Below are positions 61,680-64,000 of a stretch of 64,000 nt of DNA, piece after piece. The DNA is from an uncultured Hyphomicrobiales bacterium (GTDB taxonomy: Bacteria > Bacteroidota > Ignavibacteria > Kapaibacteriales > UBA2268): the NCBI GenBank assembly GCA_964413155.1, contig CAYPRT010000001.1, forward strand, positions 102,702-166,701, written 5' to 3'. The notes below the pieces were generated by a model. The model had not been told where the DNA came from and searched no databases. It saw only the letters and a list, made by a program, of their open reading frames with translations. The first letter of the stretch is position 1; every line of letters begins with the position of its first letter. Both the position numbers and the translations under genes were made by a program.

Positions 61680-61946
61680 ATGGGAAAATCAATTCTTGTA
61701 ATTTTGGTTGGTAAAAGAAACGAAGCAGCAGTAAATGTACAAAAATTGCTGACAGGCTGGGGGTGTATGATTAAAACTCGTTTGGGCATTCACGACGGAG
61801 TTCTTGAAAATTGTTCGGAGGAGGGTTTAATAATTTGCGAAATGGTTGGCGAAAAAGAAAAACACGAGGAATTAGCGAGGAAACTTAACCTTTTGAAAAG
61901 CGTAAAAGCAAAATTAATTCATCTTGAGCTCGACAAAGAAGATTAA
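61680..61946 (+). CDS. Small NikR-C-terminal-like / TM1266-like ACT-fold protein (putative small-molecule-binding regulator), 88 aa
   Basis: MGKSILVILVGKRNEAAVNVQKLLTGWGCMIKTRLGIHDGV...GLIICEMVGEKEKHEELARKLNLLKSVKAKLIHL follows the beta-alpha-beta-beta-alpha-beta pattern of that family. The track ORF 61533.. was trimmed to the ATG past the xth stop. Confidence 0.35.
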   Translation: MGKSILVILVGKRNEAAVNVQKLLTGWGCMIKTRLGIHDGVLENCSEEGLIICEMVGEKEKHEELARKLNLLKSVKAKLIHLELDKED

Positions 61947-62009
61947 AATTAATTTAGAAATTTTAAAAAAAATAATTTCCAAGCTTCCAAAATTAATTTT
62001 AGGAATAGA

Positions 62010-62031
62010 TCACACCCTCTTGAAAACTTTG
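62010..62031 (+). repeat. Perfect 10-bp inverted repeat (TTGAAAACTT-TG-AAGTTTTCAA) ~115 bp upstream of guaB; possible operator
   Basis: Seen directly in the sequence. No flanking T-run on either strand, so it is unlikely to be a terminator. Confidence 0.3.
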
Positions 62032-62131
62032 AAGTTTTCAAAATAACTCAATCAAGAACTTGATGGTAAAAACAAAATGAATGCCATCTTTCTACAGGTT
62101 TTTTCTTAATTTTGCAGAAAATTTTTTGTAA

Positions 62132-63616
<1,485 letters not shown>

Positions 63617-63633
63617 TTTTAAAAGGATAAAAT

Positions 63634-64000
63634 ATGGCAAAAACTTCTACTACTGTTTCGAAAGATTCAACAAGATTTGTCCCCGAAAAAGTCATTCAAA
63701 GATTGACACAAATTCGCTTTCGAATCGAGGAATTAAAAGCCGACGGATTATTTGTTAATTATCTTCCAAATATTCGTTACCTAACTAACTTTTCTGGTTC
63801 CTCTGCCGCAATTATTATTTTTCAAGATGAAATATGGTTTTTTACCGACGACCGTTACGAGGAACAAGTTCAAACAGAACTCTACCCTCTTCCAAATCTT
63901 AAAATTCATATTACCCGCGATGTTTGGGAATATTTAATCCAGAAGAAACTTTTAAAGAACATTTCATCGCTTGCATTTGAAGCTGATAAATTATATTACC
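63634..64000 (+). CDS. Xaa-Pro aminopeptidase (M24B) N-terminal (creatinase_N) domain; 3' end outside window
   Basis: ATG 63634. ...LFVNYLPNIRYLTNFSGSSAAIIIFQDEIWFFTDDRYEEQ matches the M24B N-terminal domain. Confidence 0.55.
   Translation, partial: MAKTSTTVSKDSTRFVPEKVIQRLTQIRFRIEELKADGLFVNYLPNIRYLTNFSGSSAAIIIFQDEIWFFTDDRYEEQVQTELYPLPNLKIHITRDVWEYLIQKKLLKNISSLAFEADKLYY

Overview
64 kb chromosomal segment from a low-GC (~35% by eye) bacterium. Several features point to the Bacteroidota/Ignavibacteriota (FCB) group. Two large secreted proteins end in type IX secretion (T9SS) C-terminal sorting domains. tRNA-His carries a genomically encoded G-1. atpD-atpC are split from the rest of the ATP synthase genes, and rpmH-rnpA-yidD-yidC form the usual block. 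The window is mostly housekeeping genes, with a near-complete set listed below. Interleaved are accessory/surface loci: an ECF sigma / anti-sigma / lipoprotein / He_PIG-domain T9SS cargo cassette; a PNGase F-like T9SS cargo protein; a minus-strand operon (HExxH peptidase, PorT-like barrel, T9SS plug-like protein, DUF2721) next to tRNA-His; and a Tyr/Pro/Trp-rich lipoprotein paired with a FadL-like outer-membrane barrel. No CRISPR array, IS element, integrase or recognisable defence system was seen. Recoding and frameshift events: prfB carries the classical programmed +1 frameshift (SD-like GGAGGU, then CUU UGA C), and mntP is split by a 1-nt frameshift. An unannotated 31-codon ORF encoding a very basic peptide (possible bS22) lies next to hup. 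The ORF track uses TTG/GTG as 'M', so several starts were moved to internal ATG codons that have SD sequences. All calls come from reading the translations and sequence; no database searches were run. Housekeeping genes present: metH, mnmA, wecB plus sugar epimerase/dehydrogenase/aminotransferase genes, znuABC, atpDC, prfB, msrA, tsaC, hutU, purD, tRNA-His, rpmH-rnpA-yidD-yidC, recA-recX, a Cys/Met PLP enzyme, a lolD-like ATPase, a GT4 glycosyltransferase, coaD, CIRCE-groES-groEL, xth and guaB.
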